DNA of 51,350 bases from Pseudobdellovibrionaceae bacterium (GTDB taxonomy: Bacteria > Bdellovibrionota > Bdellovibrionia > Bdellovibrionales > Bdellovibrionaceae): the NCBI GenBank assembly GCA_044359815.1, contig JBIKLL010000011.1, positions 1 to 51,350 of the forward strand, given 5' to 3'. A program made the position numbers and the translations under genes. Under the pieces are notes generated by a model. That model was not told where the DNA came from. It ran no database searches and was given only the letters and a program-made list of their open reading frames with translations. This document shows, in pieces, positions 19,465 to 30,394 of the stretch (its first letter is position 1; each line of letters begins with the position of its first letter).

Positions 19465-20348
19465 TAAATGATTCAGTAATAAAAGTGCATGCTAAATGGA
19501 TTTTGTCAGGAGAGCATTCGGTGCTGCGGGGCAGTCCTGCTTTGGTGTTCCCTTTAAAATCAAAAAGCTTAAATGTGACCATTGAGGATTCAACTGAACT
19601 GAATGTTCAATTTAAAGGATCCTTGGGCAGCGATTTGGAATTACTGTTTTGGGGTGTTTTAGAAAAAGCCATGCACAGAGTTGGTAAAAACAATTCTGAT
19701 TTACGGAAAAAAATTGTTTTTGAAAGTGAAATCCCGATTGGTGCAGGCCTGGGGGCTTCTGCCAGTTTATGTGTTGCCGTGGGAAAAATCTTAAACAAGC
19801 AGGGATGGATTAAAGACATTGATTTGTACGAAACCTGTCGGGATCTGGAAAATCTGTTTCATGGTGAAAGCAGTGGAGTTGATATCGCAGTGGCGTTGTC
19901 AGGTGAGGGATTAAAGTTTGTCAGAAATGGCGAAAGATCTCCGATAAAAATGAATTGGCGCCCTAGATTGTATGTTTCCTATTCGGGTAAGCGCGGAGTT
20001 ACCATGGAATGCATCCGAAAAGTGAAATCATTGATGGCTGCAGACCCGGCTTTGGGTAAAAAACTGGATCAGCAGATGACTCAGTCAGTGGAATTATGTG
20101 AGCGGGCCCTAGCATTGGATGAAGCAGAGGGATTAAAAGTCTTAAAGCAGGGGATGGATTTGGCTCTGGATTCTTTTGAACAATGGGGTCTGACCCGAGG
20201 TTCTGTCCAAGATCATCTGCAAATGCTCAGAACGGCCGGAGCTTACGCTGTAAAGCCAACCGGTAGTGGTGATGGTGGATACATCCTAAGTCTTTGGGAA
20301 AATCAACCGCCAATGGGATTGTCGCCGATTTTAAATTCTTGTTTTTAA
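19461..20348 (+). CDS. mvk: Mevalonate kinase
   Basis: KWILSGEHSV, IPIGAGLGASAS, HGESSGVD, KPTGSGDGG. Confidence 0.88.
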   Translation: MINDSVIKVHAKWILSGEHSVLRGSPALVFPLKSKSLNVTIEDSTELNVQFKGSLGSDLELLFWGVLEKAMHRVGKNNSDLRKKIVFESEIPIGAGLGASASLCVAVGKILNKQGWIKDIDLYETCRDLENLFHGESSGVDIAVALSGEGLKFVRNGERSPIKMNWRPRLYVSYSGKRGVTMECIRKVKSLMAADPALGKKLDQQMTQSVELCERALALDEAEGLKVLKQGMDLALDSFEQWGLTRGSVQDHLQMLRTAGAYAVKPTGSGDGGYILSLWENQPPMGLSPILNSCF

Positions 20349-20428
20349 AAAAAACGCTCATTTGAAAAGATATATTCATACAATGGGTTTTGACTTCTAA
20401 GTCTAAGTTCCGTAACTGAAATGGTTGA

Positions 20429-21232
20429 ATGAAGATAACCTCGTTGCATATTTATCCAATAAAAAGTCTTAAGGGTATATCAGTTCCAGAACTGAATCTG
20501 ACTTTTTCAGGAATTCCAGGCGATCGAGAAATGATGTTGATAGATAAAAACGGGGATTTTTTAACACAACGACAGATTGGTAAATTAGCGCAATTTGAAA
20601 CATCGATAGTCAATGGACTGATACAAGTAAAGTTTGAAAATCAAAAAATGACCATCCATCCAGAATTCGGAGATCTGCTCGATACGAAAATCTGGAATGA
20701 TGACATCACGGTTTATCATGTCGATGACGATGCCGATGAGTTTTTTTCTGATCATTTAGGGCAAACAGTTTTTCTGGCAGGCTATTCAGCGCAACATCCA
20801 CCAAATAAAAAAGCGTCTAACAACAAAACCTATCAGACTCAGTTTTCCGATGGTGGGCAGGTTCATTTGGTTAATCTAAAAAGCCTGGAGGCTCTTAATC
20901 AAACCTTGGAGTCACCTATAGGAATTGAAAGGTTTCGCGCAAATATAGTGATCGATTCAAACAATCCATGGATCGAAGAAAGTTTTCAAAAAATCAAAAT
21001 TGATAAAGCGATTTTGGATTTTGATAAAAACACAGTTAGGTGCAAAGTTGTTACATTAAATCCACTTAGCGGAGATTCTGATAATACCAATGCCTTAACC
21101 AATTTAAAAACAGTCAAGGGGCCCAGAAAATTTGCTGAATTCGGAGTGCATTTAATTGTTTCTCATCCAGAAAAAGTAAAAATTGGAGATGAGATTCTTA
21201 TGGCCTCGCAGACCAATAATTTTAAGCAATAA
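20429..21232 (+). CDS. MOSC domain protein (YcbX/mARC-like)
   Basis: LHIYPIKSLKG, DREMM, RFRANIVI, RC motif. Confidence 0.9.
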   Translation: MKITSLHIYPIKSLKGISVPELNLTFSGIPGDREMMLIDKNGDFLTQRQIGKLAQFETSIVNGLIQVKFENQKMTIHPEFGDLLDTKIWNDDITVYHVDDDADEFFSDHLGQTVFLAGYSAQHPPNKKASNNKTYQTQFSDGGQVHLVNLKSLEALNQTLESPIGIERFRANIVIDSNNPWIEESFQKIKIDKAILDFDKNTVRCKVVTLNPLSGDSDNTNALTNLKTVKGPRKFAEFGVHLIVSHPEKVKIGDEILMASQTNNFKQ

Positions 21233-21299
21233 AGCGGCATTTAATTATTAGATGTTAATTTTAGAAAACCCAACGATGATTTCCGTTGGGTTCAAAAAA

Positions 21300-22061
21300 T
21301 TATCTAACAATCGACTTAGTTGGATTGAGACCTTTTGCGGTTTCGACAGCTTTGCCGCCGCAATCAGGATGTCCGTAGCCGCCGTTACTTTTGCCAGAAT
21401 TGATATCAAATACGATTTGATCATTCTTGGTCGGAGCCACGCCGTTTGGAACATAATCCAAATTCAGATTAGATCGCAGTTTCCATGCAATATTGTGATC
21501 CGCGCATGAAGTATCGCCGCTAACTCCTAAGGCTCCAACGATTTCACCCTTGGCGTTGTACAAGGCTACTCCACCACCAAACACGTTCACTCCACCGATG
21601 CGTTTGCCAACCATGGGATCATTTTTGGTCCCAAATTCATTAGCATTACCTGCGTAGGCAGCTTTTGTATCAACAGGATTGCTTTCTTGCAGACCAAACA
21701 ATGGACCACCAGGTTGTACTGCAGAATAAAGATTGGCTGTTGAAAGCGCCAAATCTTTTAAACTGAAAGCATTGGCAGTATTGGCTTTCTGAGCAGAAAT
21801 CACTCGTGATCCTGGCCATTGAGAATCAGCCTTGTTGCCAGTGTATACCACTGTGCAAACAACGCCGCTGCGGTCAACAACAGTGGCCCACATATCAAGG
21901 TTTAATCCGCCGTTGTTATCGGTGCGAGCTTTTGTCAATGCTGTTTTAACTGTGTTGTAATCGGGAAGGGCGACGCAGTTGTCTTTCTGGTTCTTTGCTG
22001 TTGCGAACAGGGGCTGCATAAGCACCAGCGCTGCAGCAGTTATCGTCAATGATAATTTCAT
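21300..22061 (-). CDS. Secreted GlcG/HbpS-like heme-binding protein
   Basis: ATVVDRSG, SAQKANTA, FGGGVAL, GALGVSG...D. Start moved to ATG 22061 after AAAGGAG. Confidence 0.85.
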   Translation of the reverse strand: MKLSLTITAAALVLMQPLFATAKNQKDNCVALPDYNTVKTALTKARTDNNGGLNLDMWATVVDRSGVVCTVVYTGNKADSQWPGSRVISAQKANTANAFSLKDLALSTANLYSAVQPGGPLFGLQESNPVDTKAAYAGNANEFGTKNDPMVGKRIGGVNVFGGGVALYNAKGEIVGALGVSGDTSCADHNIAWKLRSNLNLDYVPNGVAPTKNDQIVFDINSGKSNGGYGHPDCGGKAVETAKGLNPTKSIVR

Positions 22062-22177
22062 TCTGAAATCTCCTTTGGCCAGTGGCCTATAAAAATATTT
22101 GAGATTCAAATCATAGAATCAGGTTAAAATTTGTTTCAAGAACAAAAACTAACACAGTGTGCGCAACACCCTGTGAA

Positions 22178-22915
22178 TTAAGATGTGTATTGTCTGTGGA
22201 AAAGTGCAATTGACAAGGCCGATGTGGCATTCAGGGATTCCACTCCAGTGGCTGAAATGGACAGTTTTTTAAGATTTAAATCTTTGGGGATACCGGAACC
22301 TTCTTGGCCCAAAAGTAAGCCCGAAATATTTTTTTGCCATTTAAATTTTTTCAGATCTTCACCGCCCTTATCCAGGCAGACAATAGGTTGATCCGATAAT
22401 TCTTTGATTGATGGACCCTTATAAAACTGAACGGATAAATTGGCTCCCGCTGAAGACTTTGTAACCTTAGGTAGAAAAGGATTAGCTGATTCAGTTAATA
22501 AAACCAATTGATCAACGTTAAAGCCCTTGCATGATCTGATGGCTGATCCCAGATTGACAGGGTCGCCCAGGGGCAGAAAAACACAAAAGCCATTTTGATT
22601 CCAATTTTTGGGTAGAGGTTTTATTTCTGGAACCTCTGCGACCAAAATATTTGAACCTGTTCCGATCACATCCAATTCATTAAATAATGTTTTTGCTAAG
22701 ATAGTTTTTTTGTTGGCCTTGGAATAAAAAATATTTTCTGTCGCCAGCTCATAAACGATTTTTAACTGATTCAGCTTTAGAGCTTCTTGAACAATTTTTT
22801 CACCAGATATCAAAAACAAATTTTCTTTCTTGATGCCTTTAGACTGTGTCAGTGATTGCAGCATTTTAAATGTGGCATTGCTGTCGCTGTCAATCCTAAG
22901 GGCTTCAGTCTTCAT
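22178..22915 (-). CDS. TrmH/SpoU family RNA methyltransferase
   Basis: DPVNLGSAIRS, LGQEGSG, ESLNA. Start taken at ATG 22915. Confidence 0.88.
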   Translation of the reverse strand: MKTEALRIDSDSNATFKMLQSLTQSKGIKKENLFLISGEKIVQEALKLNQLKIVYELATENIFYSKANKKTILAKTLFNELDVIGTGSNILVAEVPEIKPLPKNWNQNGFCVFLPLGDPVNLGSAIRSCKGFNVDQLVLLTESANPFLPKVTKSSAGANLSVQFYKGPSIKELSDQPIVCLDKGGEDLKKFKWQKNISGLLLGQEGSGIPKDLNLKKLSISATGVESLNATSALSIALFHRQYTS

Positions 22916-23678
22916 AAAAAGGCTCTGATTCTGGATCAACGAAAGGAGTTTGTTTGATTTTTTCAATCACCAACAGTCTGCGATTAATATCAGTAGCTGG
23001 AAGCATGTATTTGATGTCGGCTTGCAGAGTGTAATGTTGTTTTTGTTTTTGAATCATTTCAATTTCGGGTTCGCAGTTGGGGCCCTTCATTAAATAAATT
23101 CTGCCACCCACCATCAAACAGGATTTGGTGTTTTCAATGGTGTTGCTGGCGTCTTCAACCGCTCTGGTGATCACACCTTTAACCGGTAGATAAAAATGCG
23201 GATTAATGTTTCTTCCAACCACATCCAGGTTTTGCAGTTTCAGCTCGTCACGAACGGTTTTTAAAAACTCAACTCGCTTTTGCACGCCTTCGGCTAAAAT
23301 GATTTTTTCGTTGGGAAATAAAATCTTTAACGGGATTCCAGGGAACCCAGGGCCGGTGCCCATGTCTAGCAGTGGAAATTGCAAATCAGTGAGCTTTGCG
23401 ACAATCATACTGTCGATAAAATGCTTTAAAGCGACGTCCTTCAGGTCAGTGATTCGGGTAAAGTTATTGGTTTTTTGAGCTTCCATTAATAGCGAATAAA
23501 AATGGGCCAGCTGCTGACGTTGTTCGTGAGTGATGTGCGAGAAATCGTGGTTTTTAAAAAAATCCAACATCCTGTCGTTGGCTTCTTGGATGCTATAAAT
23601 CTTGACAGGCTTTTTATGCACTTTGCCAGTGGGTTTTTTCTTAAATCCTGTCCAATTGTTTTTGTTCTTGTGAGCCAT
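22905..23678 (-). CDS. rsmG: 16S rRNA m7G527 methyltransferase
   Basis: NFTRI, KHFIDS, LDMGTGPGFPGIPL, TRAV, MKG. Confidence 0.92.
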   Translation of the reverse strand: MAHKNKNNWTGFKKKPTGKVHKKPVKIYSIQEANDRMLDFFKNHDFSHITHEQRQQLAHFYSLLMEAQKTNNFTRITDLKDVALKHFIDSMIVAKLTDLQFPLLDMGTGPGFPGIPLKILFPNEKIILAEGVQKRVEFLKTVRDELKLQNLDVVGRNINPHFYLPVKGVITRAVEDASNTIENTKSCLMVGGRIYLMKGPNCEPEIEMIQKQKQHYTLQADIKYMLPATDINRRLLVIEKIKQTPFVDPESEPFYED

Positions 23679-23727
23679 AGTTTTGGTTTGCGAAAAAGGG
23701 TTAAAGCATTCATAATCAATCGCATCT

Positions 23728-24765
23728 ATGTCATCATTGCAAGACTCTGAAAAAAAATTGAATTCAATTCATGCCGAAGCTGTGGCCATGATTGAAAAAG
23801 CCTCTGATTCAAAGGCTCTTTACGATTTAAAGGTAAAGTACCTGGGTAAAAGCGGCAGTCTGACCGAAATGATGAAGGAAATGGCTAAGCTGTCCAAGGA
23901 AGAAAAACCTTTGTTGGGTAAGCTGATCAACGAGGTTAAGGCAAAGCTTGAACAGGTGTATGCGCTTCGGGAAGCTCAGCTGCAAAATGCAGAGATTGAT
24001 TTAAAGCTTCAATCGGAAGCTTTGGATCTGACCCTTCCCCACGGGGAAAGGCTGCCGGGCACTGTTCACCCAATTAATAAAGTGATAGATGAAATTTCAT
24101 TGATTTTATTTAGGTTGGGTTACAGTTTGCGAACGGGGCCCCTGATTGAAAAAGACTATTATAATTTTGAAGCTCTAAATATCCCCAAGGATCACCCAGC
24201 CAGGGATATGCAGGATACATTTTTTGTTGATGAAACCCATGTGCTGCGGACCCATACCTCGCCCATTCAAATTCATTCGCTGGAATCTGAAAAACCGCCA
24301 TTGCGGGTAGTGGGCGTTGGGGCTGTGTTTAGATGCGACAGCGATATTTCGCATTTGCCACATTTTCACCAAATTGAAGGCATGTGCGTGGATAAAAATG
24401 TTTCCATGGCAGACTTAAAGGGAACCATCAGTTTTTTTGTGAAAGAGTTTTTTGGAGATGGATTAAAAACTCGGTTCAGACCTAGTTTTTTTCCTTTTAC
24501 TGAGCCTTCGGCTGAAGTTGATTGCACCTGTCCGATTTGCAAAGGCAAGGGTTGCAGTCTGTGCAAAAATTCGGGATGGATCGAAATTGGTGGTTGCGGA
24601 CTGATCAATCCAAAAGTTTTTAAAATGTCTAATGTGAATTATCCTGAATGGAATGGTTTTGCATTTGGTTTTGGTATTGAACGCATGGCAATTATTAAAT
24701 ATGGAATCGATGACATCAGATTGTTTCCTGAAAACGACATCAGATTTTTAAGGCAGTTTTCATGA
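23728..24765 (+). CDS. pheS: Phenylalanine--tRNA ligase alpha subunit
   Basis: [42 protein letters not shown]. Confidence 0.98.
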   Translation: MSSLQDSEKKLNSIHAEAVAMIEKASDSKALYDLKVKYLGKSGSLTEMMKEMAKLSKEEKPLLGKLINEVKAKLEQVYALREAQLQNAEIDLKLQSEALDLTLPHGERLPGTVHPINKVIDEISLILFRLGYSLRTGPLIEKDYYNFEALNIPKDHPARDMQDTFFVDETHVLRTHTSPIQIHSLESEKPPLRVVGVGAVFRCDSDISHLPHFHQIEGMCVDKNVSMADLKGTISFFVKEFFGDGLKTRFRPSFFPFTEPSAEVDCTCPICKGKGCSLCKNSGWIEIGGCGLINPKVFKMSNVNYPEWNGFAFGFGIERMAIIKYGIDDIRLFPENDIRFLRQFS

Positions 24766-27161
24766 AACTCAGTTTAAAGTGGCTCAATGAGTTTGTTAAT
24801 GTTGAAGAATTTTATCAAAAGCCCGAACAGCTGGCGGATTTATTAACAGCAGCTGGTTTAGAAGTTGAGGAAATTCAAAATAAATCTAAAGACCTGAACA
24901 ATGTAGTCGTTGGATTGATTCTGGAAAAGTCTGCGCACCCTGATGCTGATAAATTATCTGTGTGCAAGGTCACGACTGGTGATGGAGTGATTCACCAGAT
25001 TGTCTGTGGGGCCAAAAATCATAAATCAGGCGATAAGGTTATTGCGGCATTGCCAGGCGCTATGTTGCCCGGAAATTTTGAAATTAAAAAAGCTGTGCTT
25101 CGTGGTGTGGAATCTGCTGGGATGCTTTGTTCGTACAAAGAACTGGGAATTGATAAAGAATCATCTGGGATAGTGATATTGGATCCCGGTGCCTTGATTG
25201 GTCAGACTGCAGCAGCTTATTTTGGCCTGGATGACGTAGTTTTGGAATTGAAAGTCACACCCAATCGTGCAGATTGTTTGAGTCATTTGGGATTAGCCAG
25301 AGAGGTTTCAACCCTTTTAAATAGACCCATAAATTTTAAAATTTCTGAGCCCGTTCTAAAATCAGAGTCCACTCAAAGTAAAATTAAAGTGGAAGTTAAA
25401 AATAAAGATATGTGTCCCAGGTACACCGGTAGGTACATTCAGAATATCAAAGTTTCAGAAAGTCCCGATTGGTTGAAACAAAAAATCCAAAGTGTTGGGA
25501 TGAATTCGATCAACAATATTGTTGATGCCACTAACTATGTCATGATGGAGCTGGGGCAACCGCTGCATGCCTTTGATGCTGATCAATTAAAGGGATCAAT
25601 GATTGTGGTTGATTCGGCAAAGCCCAAAGAATCTTTTGTCACATTAGATGGTTCAAAATTAAATCTGACGGGTGAAGAATTAATGATTCAGGATCAGGCT
25701 GGCGGGGTTTGTATCGCGGGAGTACTGGGTGGCAAGAATTCTGGAGTCAGCCCACAGACGACAAATATTTTTTTAGAAAGTGCGTTTTTTACTCCGGGAT
25801 CTGCTCGAAAATCCCTTAGGAGGCATGGTCTAAATACGGATTCTGGTTACAGATTTAGCCGGGGAGTGGATCCTACAAATACTTTGATGGCTCTGAATCG
25901 AGCGACAGAATTGATTTTGAAAGTTGCTGGTGGAGAGGCCCTATCAGGTCATTATGATATAAATTCCTTGGATTTAAAAAAGTCAGCCATCAAATTATCT
26001 GAATCTGAAATCAGTCGCAAGATGGGATACCCGGTTGATGGATCGAAGGTAGAAGAAATTTTTAAAAGACTTCATTGTCAAATTTCAAAGGCTGGTGATG
26101 GATATGAAATCACAGCCCCTGATTATCGGTTTGATATTGAAACCGACATGGATTTGATCGAAGAATTTGCCAGAATTTATGGGTATCAACATATCCCAGA
26201 AACATTGCCTGCTTTGTCTAGGGAGCCCGCACATCATAACGAAGAATATTTATTTCATCGGGAAATCAGAAATACAGTCAGGACCTTTGGGTTTTCGGAA
26301 AGTTTGAACTTTTGTTTTACCTCTGAATCCAGACAGGCTGGATTTTTGCAAAATCTAGAACATTTAATTGAAGCAGGTCTGCCTTCAGTGAAAAATCCTG
26401 TAAAATTAGTCAATCCACTGAACGAAGAACAGAACCTAATGAGAAGTTGTTTGAGCTATGGGTTATGGCAGAATTGTTCTTATAATTTCCACCAAAGTCA
26501 TGCATCCGGAAGATTGTTCGAAATCGGTAAAGTTTTTTGCAGAGAAACAGAAATCAAAGAGACTTTTAATTTGGCGATGATTATTTGGGGTGAGGACATT
26601 GATTTGTGGAGTAAAACGGTGGCTCCGCCTGTGTTGTCGTTAAAGGCTCCGCTAGAAAAACTGGGATACCAGATTCAAAATTTCGAAAAATCAAAGGTCC
26701 CTGAGTTTTTGCACACAGGTCAGAGCGCACAGATCAAAGAGGGTGATAAAAATGTGGGCTTTATTGGGACCCTCCATCCGAAAATTTTAAATGATGCCAA
26801 GGTTCGCGTGCCTGTGGCGATTTGTGAATTAGAACTGAGACTTAACAAAAAAACCTCAGGTAAATTTCAAGGTTTTGCTAAATTTCCAGTGGTTGAAAGA
26901 GACCTGGCATTGTTGATGAAATCCAATCAATCCAGTGATCAAGTTTTAGCTTTGATTAAACAAGAAGCCTCGGGTCTGTTGCAGGAGGTTTTTGTATTTG
27001 ATCAATATTTAGGCGAAAATCTGCCCAAAGGATTTAAATCGCTGACCATAAGAATGAAATTGCAGGATAAAAATGGAACACTGCAGGATTCTCAGGTATC
27101 TCAGCTGCAAGAAAAGGTGTTGGCGGCTCTTAAATCTAAGCTAAATATTTCTGTCAGATAG
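24762..27161 (+). CDS. pheT: Phenylalanine--tRNA ligase beta subunit
   Basis: [49 protein letters not shown] tail. Confidence 0.98.
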   Translation: MKLSLKWLNEFVNVEEFYQKPEQLADLLTAAGLEVEEIQNKSKDLNNVVVGLILEKSAHPDADKLSVCKVTTGDGVIHQIVCGAKNHKSGDKVIAALPGAMLPGNFEIKKAVLRGVESAGMLCSYKELGIDKESSGIVILDPGALIGQTAAAYFGLDDVVLELKVTPNRADCLSHLGLAREVSTLLNRPINFKISEPVLKSESTQSKIKVEVKNKDMCPRYTGRYIQNIKVSESPDWLKQKIQSVGMNSINNIVDATNYVMMELGQPLHAFDADQLKGSMIVVDSAKPKESFVTLDGSKLNLTGEELMIQDQAGGVCIAGVLGGKNSGVSPQTTNIFLESAFFTPGSARKSLRRHGLNTDSGYRFSRGVDPTNTLMALNRATELILKVAGGEALSGHYDINSLDLKKSAIKLSESEISRKMGYPVDGSKVEEIFKRLHCQISKAGDGYEITAPDYRFDIETDMDLIEEFARIYGYQHIPETLPALSREPAHHNEEYLFHREIRNTVRTFGFSESLNFCFTSESRQAGFLQNLEHLIEAGLPSVKNPVKLVNPLNEEQNLMRSCLSYGLWQNCSYNFHQSHASGRLFEIGKVFCRETEIKETFNLAMIIWGEDIDLWSKTVAPPVLSLKAPLEKLGYQIQNFEKSKVPEFLHTGQSAQIKEGDKNVGFIGTLHPKILNDAKVRVPVAICELELRLNKKTSGKFQGFAKFPVVERDLALLMKSNQSSDQVLALIKQEASGLLQEVFVFDQYLGENLPKGFKSLTIRMKLQDKNGTLQDSQVSQLQEKVLAALKSKLNISVR

Positions 27162-27241
27162 TAAAAGTAAATTCTTGATTCATTTCAATGACTTGTTACC
27201 CTAAATATAAGAGTTGTTCTTCAAATCTATAAGGGGAGATC

Positions 27242-27583
27242 ATGGCAGGTCAAAATATAGGTAAATCAACGATGACTAAAGCTGACATCGTTGAAAAAGT
27301 TTACGAGAAAATCGGATTTTCAAAAAAGGAAGCCTCTGAGTTGGTGGAGTTAGTTTTTAATGCCATCAAATCGCAGCTTCACGAAGGCGAAAAAATCAAA
27401 ATTTCTGGTTTTGGTAATTTTATCGTTCGAGGAAAAAACGAAAGAGTCGGCAGAAATCCCCAAACAGGTGAGCAAATTAAAATTTCAGCCAGACGGGTTT
27501 TAACTTTTAGACCCAGTCAGGTGCTTAAAGCCATGTTAAATGGTGAAGAATACGCCCATTTAAAGGATGACGATAATGACTGA
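27242..27583 (+). CDS. ihfA: Integration host factor subunit alpha
   Basis: MTKADIVE, KISGFGNF, GRNPQTGE, canonical position after pheT. Confidence 0.93.
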   Translation: MAGQNIGKSTMTKADIVEKVYEKIGFSKKEASELVELVFNAIKSQLHEGEKIKISGFGNFIVRGKNERVGRNPQTGEQIKISARRVLTFRPSQVLKAMLNGEEYAHLKDDDND

Positions 27584-28136
27584 GATTAATATCGATATGC
27601 AAAATCTAGTAGAGGTGCAGTCATCTGGTTTAAACGAAATTGAAGACATCATATTGCAAGACAATCACATTGAAGTGCCAGAAATCTCTGTCGAACCTTT
27701 AATGACATTGCCTGCGGCGCTTTGTGATGAATTGTTGCTGCAGGAAATTAATTCTATCCCAACGAAAATGGGTTTTAAAATTGGCGAAGTGGCAGATTTG
27801 CTAGGTGTTAAGCAGTATGTTTTAAGATATTGGGAAACTGAGTTTGAAGTTTTAAAGCCTAAAAAGGCTTCGAATAATCAAAGATATTATACCAAACGCG
27901 AAGTTGAAAATGCGTTTTTAATCCGCAAACTGCTTCATCGAGACCGGTTTTCAATCGAAGGGGCCCGTGCTGCGCTGTCGGATCTGAGAAATTTCGTAAA
28001 AACCGAAGTTAAAAAAGAGAAAGATTGGACTCATTTTAATCAATCAGTGGACCATTTGCTTGATGAAGTGGATCACCTTATAGTAAACCTCAGGAAAGTT
28101 CAGCGCCTGTTTTCTGACGAGGCCGCTGCGACTTAA
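27576..28136 (+). CDS. MerR-family transcriptional regulator
   Basis: FKIGEVADLLGVKQYVLRYWETEF, RYY, FSIEGAR. Canonical position between ihfA and tRNA-Pro. Confidence 0.9.
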   Translation: MTEINIDMQNLVEVQSSGLNEIEDIILQDNHIEVPEISVEPLMTLPAALCDELLLQEINSIPTKMGFKIGEVADLLGVKQYVLRYWETEFEVLKPKKASNNQRYYTKREVENAFLIRKLLHRDRFSIEGARAALSDLRNFVKTEVKKEKDWTHFNQSVDHLLDEVDHLIVNLRKVQRLFSDEAAAT

Positions 28137-28142
28137 TCTGAT

Positions 28143-28219
28143 CTGCGTGTGGCTCAGCTTGGTAGAGCACCAGCTTGGGGTGCTGGGGGTCGTCGGTTCA
28201 AATCCGGCCACGCAGACCA
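28143..28219 (+). tRNA. tRNA-Pro(GGG)
   Basis: Cloverleaf: acceptor CTGCGTG/CACGCAG, D-arm GCTC/GAGC, anticodon stem CCAGC-TTGGGGT-GCTGG, T-loop GTTCAAATC, A73 and encoded CCA. Confidence 0.97.
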
Positions 28220-28233
28220 AATTTTCTTTAATC

Positions 28234-28638
28234 GGCCCACTTCTCTGCAGTAAATTTGAATTTAAAAATATATCTGTGATTTATGCGTTGTGAATACATT
28301 TGCGAGCGCGCATGGCATATCTCGTGTTGCGTAAATGCAAAGATAATTTTTTTCACTATTTTTAGACACTCGCTAACGGCCGCGGGCTCATCTCTCGTAT
28401 TGAATCATTTAAATTAACTAGGTCTATGATTAATAATTTATCATAAACCTAGTTAATTTAAATGACTCAACACCAGATATGCCCCGCGCGCTCGCTGCAT
28501 GTGTCTAAAAACAGTAAAAACAAATTACTTTTGCATTTATGCAATACGAGAGATGAGCTTGCGGCCGTTAGCAAGTATTCACAACGCATAAATCACAGAT
28601 ATATTTTTAAATTCAAATTTACTGCAGCGAAGCGGGCC
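28234..28638. repeat. Long nested foldback element C with two X/Y cores
   Basis: 28245-28297 is the exact reverse complement of 28575-28627 (53 bp). Middle stem 28321-28369/28501-28550. Inner stem 28397-28430/28440-28473. Confidence 0.95.
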
Positions 28639-28750
28639 AGCTGGAAATTTTCTTGCGATAAAAACTCAAAACTACCGCGCCATTTGTCTGTTTTTTGGAT
28701 TGATCCAGACCTAGGGCCAAGACAATTGGACTGAATTGGGACATATTTTT

Positions 28751-28777
28751 TAAGTTAAAAATTTTCGGTGCCGATGG
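28751..28777 (+). promoter_or_regulatory. Candidate sigma28 (FliA) promoter
   Basis: TAAG-N15-GCCGATGG resembles the TAAA-N15-GCCGATAA consensus just before ATG 28785. Confidence 0.35.
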
Positions 28778-28784
28778 TTCTAGT

Positions 28785-29357
28785 ATGAAACTGATTGAAA
28801 ATGAAAAAGCATTAATAAGAGGCGCTGGCAATCAACTGACTTTGACAAATTACAGAGTCATTAAATACGTGGTTTCAGGCAGCACTAAAAATGTCAGTTC
28901 TATATTTTTAAATCAGATCTCATCCATACATTTCAGAAGCATTAACAATGTGTTGTTGCTGGCTTTGTCGATCGTGTGTCCGGGAATCGGGGCTTTATTG
29001 CAGTATGGTGTTTATCCGCAGGAAAGCAGCGGAGTGATTTTTGTAGGTTCTGGAGTTTCGGTGGGTGTTTTGATGTTGTTGGAGTACTTTAGGACTAAAA
29101 GACAAATCATTGAATTTATTGGTAATGGCGGAGAAAAAATTTCGGCCGTTGCAAAGGATGGATTCGATAAAGGCTATCAGTTTATTTTGGCAGTCGAGCA
29201 GGTTTCAAAAACAGGTGAATTCAAACACCAGATCACTGTGCTGACCAAAGTTAATGGCGGGGTTTCAGCAAACAAACAGTCAGTGGCTGAACCAGTTAAG
29301 ACTGTCGCGTTTAACATCGATCAAAACACACCAAAGTCAGATAAAAAAGCCGCTTAA
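28785..29357 (+). CDS. Hypothetical membrane protein (two TM helices, possible bacterial PH-like domain)
   Basis: LTLTNYRVI...SIFLNQISSI followed by two hydrophobic segments. Confidence 0.65.
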   Translation: MKLIENEKALIRGAGNQLTLTNYRVIKYVVSGSTKNVSSIFLNQISSIHFRSINNVLLLALSIVCPGIGALLQYGVYPQESSGVIFVGSGVSVGVLMLLEYFRTKRQIIEFIGNGGEKISAVAKDGFDKGYQFILAVEQVSKTGEFKHQITVLTKVNGGVSANKQSVAEPVKTVAFNIDQNTPKSDKKAA

Positions 29358-29395
29358 GAAAACTGATACAGATTGTGGAGCTGGCAAACAGCTCA

Positions 29396-30394
29396 TCACC
29401 TCAGATCCGGCAGGTATTTAGCCATGTGCTGAATCCCGTAGGACTGAATAGCAAAAAGCTGATTGTGGCTACGACAGACCAGTCGCAGGTTTTTGATGTC
29501 GGTTTTTCCGCCTAAACCCAATGGATAAATATGATCAACCTGCAGATGCTTACGGCATTCACACCGCCTTTTGGTCAAAGGATCGACAAATTCACACTGA
29601 CCCGCTGATCTGATCCAGAGGGTTTGCTTAAAATCTTTGGTGATATATCGGTTCACTTTCCCCGGGATAGGGGCAGTGCATTGCAAAGGCTTTTCGTTGG
29701 TTTGTAATTTGCTGATAGGATCTGATTTTTTAGAATCGGTGGGAATGTCTTTTGCCTTGGTTATTTTCGGATTGCTTAATGGATCAACTTTTTTCAGTGC
29801 CAAGTCCATCATCCATTCTAAAGTTTCTGCTTTTGTGAGGCCGCTTTTTAATTCTGCTAGTATTGTCAGTTTCTGTTGCTGCGATTTTGTTAGGGTGATT
29901 TTTAATTCATACAGATCTTCAGCGATTGGTCTTAGAGTTTCCTTTGTTTGAAATGTTTTTGGGCAAAGTTCAACCAGGGTTTTTTCTACGGTTCTTTTGG
30001 ATTGACCTTCCAATTGTCGTAAAAGATTTCTTTTTTGTTCTACGTTTCTGATGACACCAGTTGATTTAGTTTCCTGTCTAAAAAATGTTTGTGCTTGTGA
30101 AACAGTTGCCAACGTCAAATCACCGATTGAAAGCTTTTGTTCGACTTCGGGCAGTTCTTGAATAAGTCGCATTGCTGAAATCCTGCGATGAGCCTGAGAT
30201 TCAGAATATTTTAATTCTTTCACTGCGTATTCGAACAGGGAAGGGTAGCCTCTGTTTGCAAAATACCTGCGGCGATTGATTTCTTGCAGATAATGCAGAA
30301 TCTGAACGGTCAGTTCGCGTTCCTGGCCAACCAGATTTTTAGTTTTCATTTCAAGTGTTTGATCATCTAGGTTCCTGATTTCGGTAGATTGCAT
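29396..30394 (-). CDS. HNH endonuclease with long helical N-terminal region (DUF222-like architecture)
   Basis: C-terminal QCEF...RRC...LQVDHIYPLGLGGKTDIKNLRLVCRSHN. N-terminal GYPSLFEYAVKELKYSESQAHRRI. AAGGAG RBS. Confidence 0.88.
   Translation of the reverse strand: MQSTEIRNLDDQTLEMKTKNLVGQERELTVQILHYLQEINRRRYFANRGYPSLFEYAVKELKYSESQAHRRISAMRLIQELPEVEQKLSIGDLTLATVSQAQTFFRQETKSTGVIRNVEQKRNLLRQLEGQSKRTVEKTLVELCPKTFQTKETLRPIAEDLYELKITLTKSQQQKLTILAELKSGLTKAETLEWMMDLALKKVDPLSNPKITKAKDIPTDSKKSDPISKLQTNEKPLQCTAPIPGKVNRYITKDFKQTLWIRSAGQCEFVDPLTKRRCECRKHLQVDHIYPLGLGGKTDIKNLRLVCRSHNQLFAIQSYGIQHMAKYLPDLR

Noticed and set aside
28462..28734. 90-aa ORF across foldback C (also 31996-32277 across foldback D)
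   Set aside because: These lie in palindromic non-coding DNA with no RBS or recognisable motifs.
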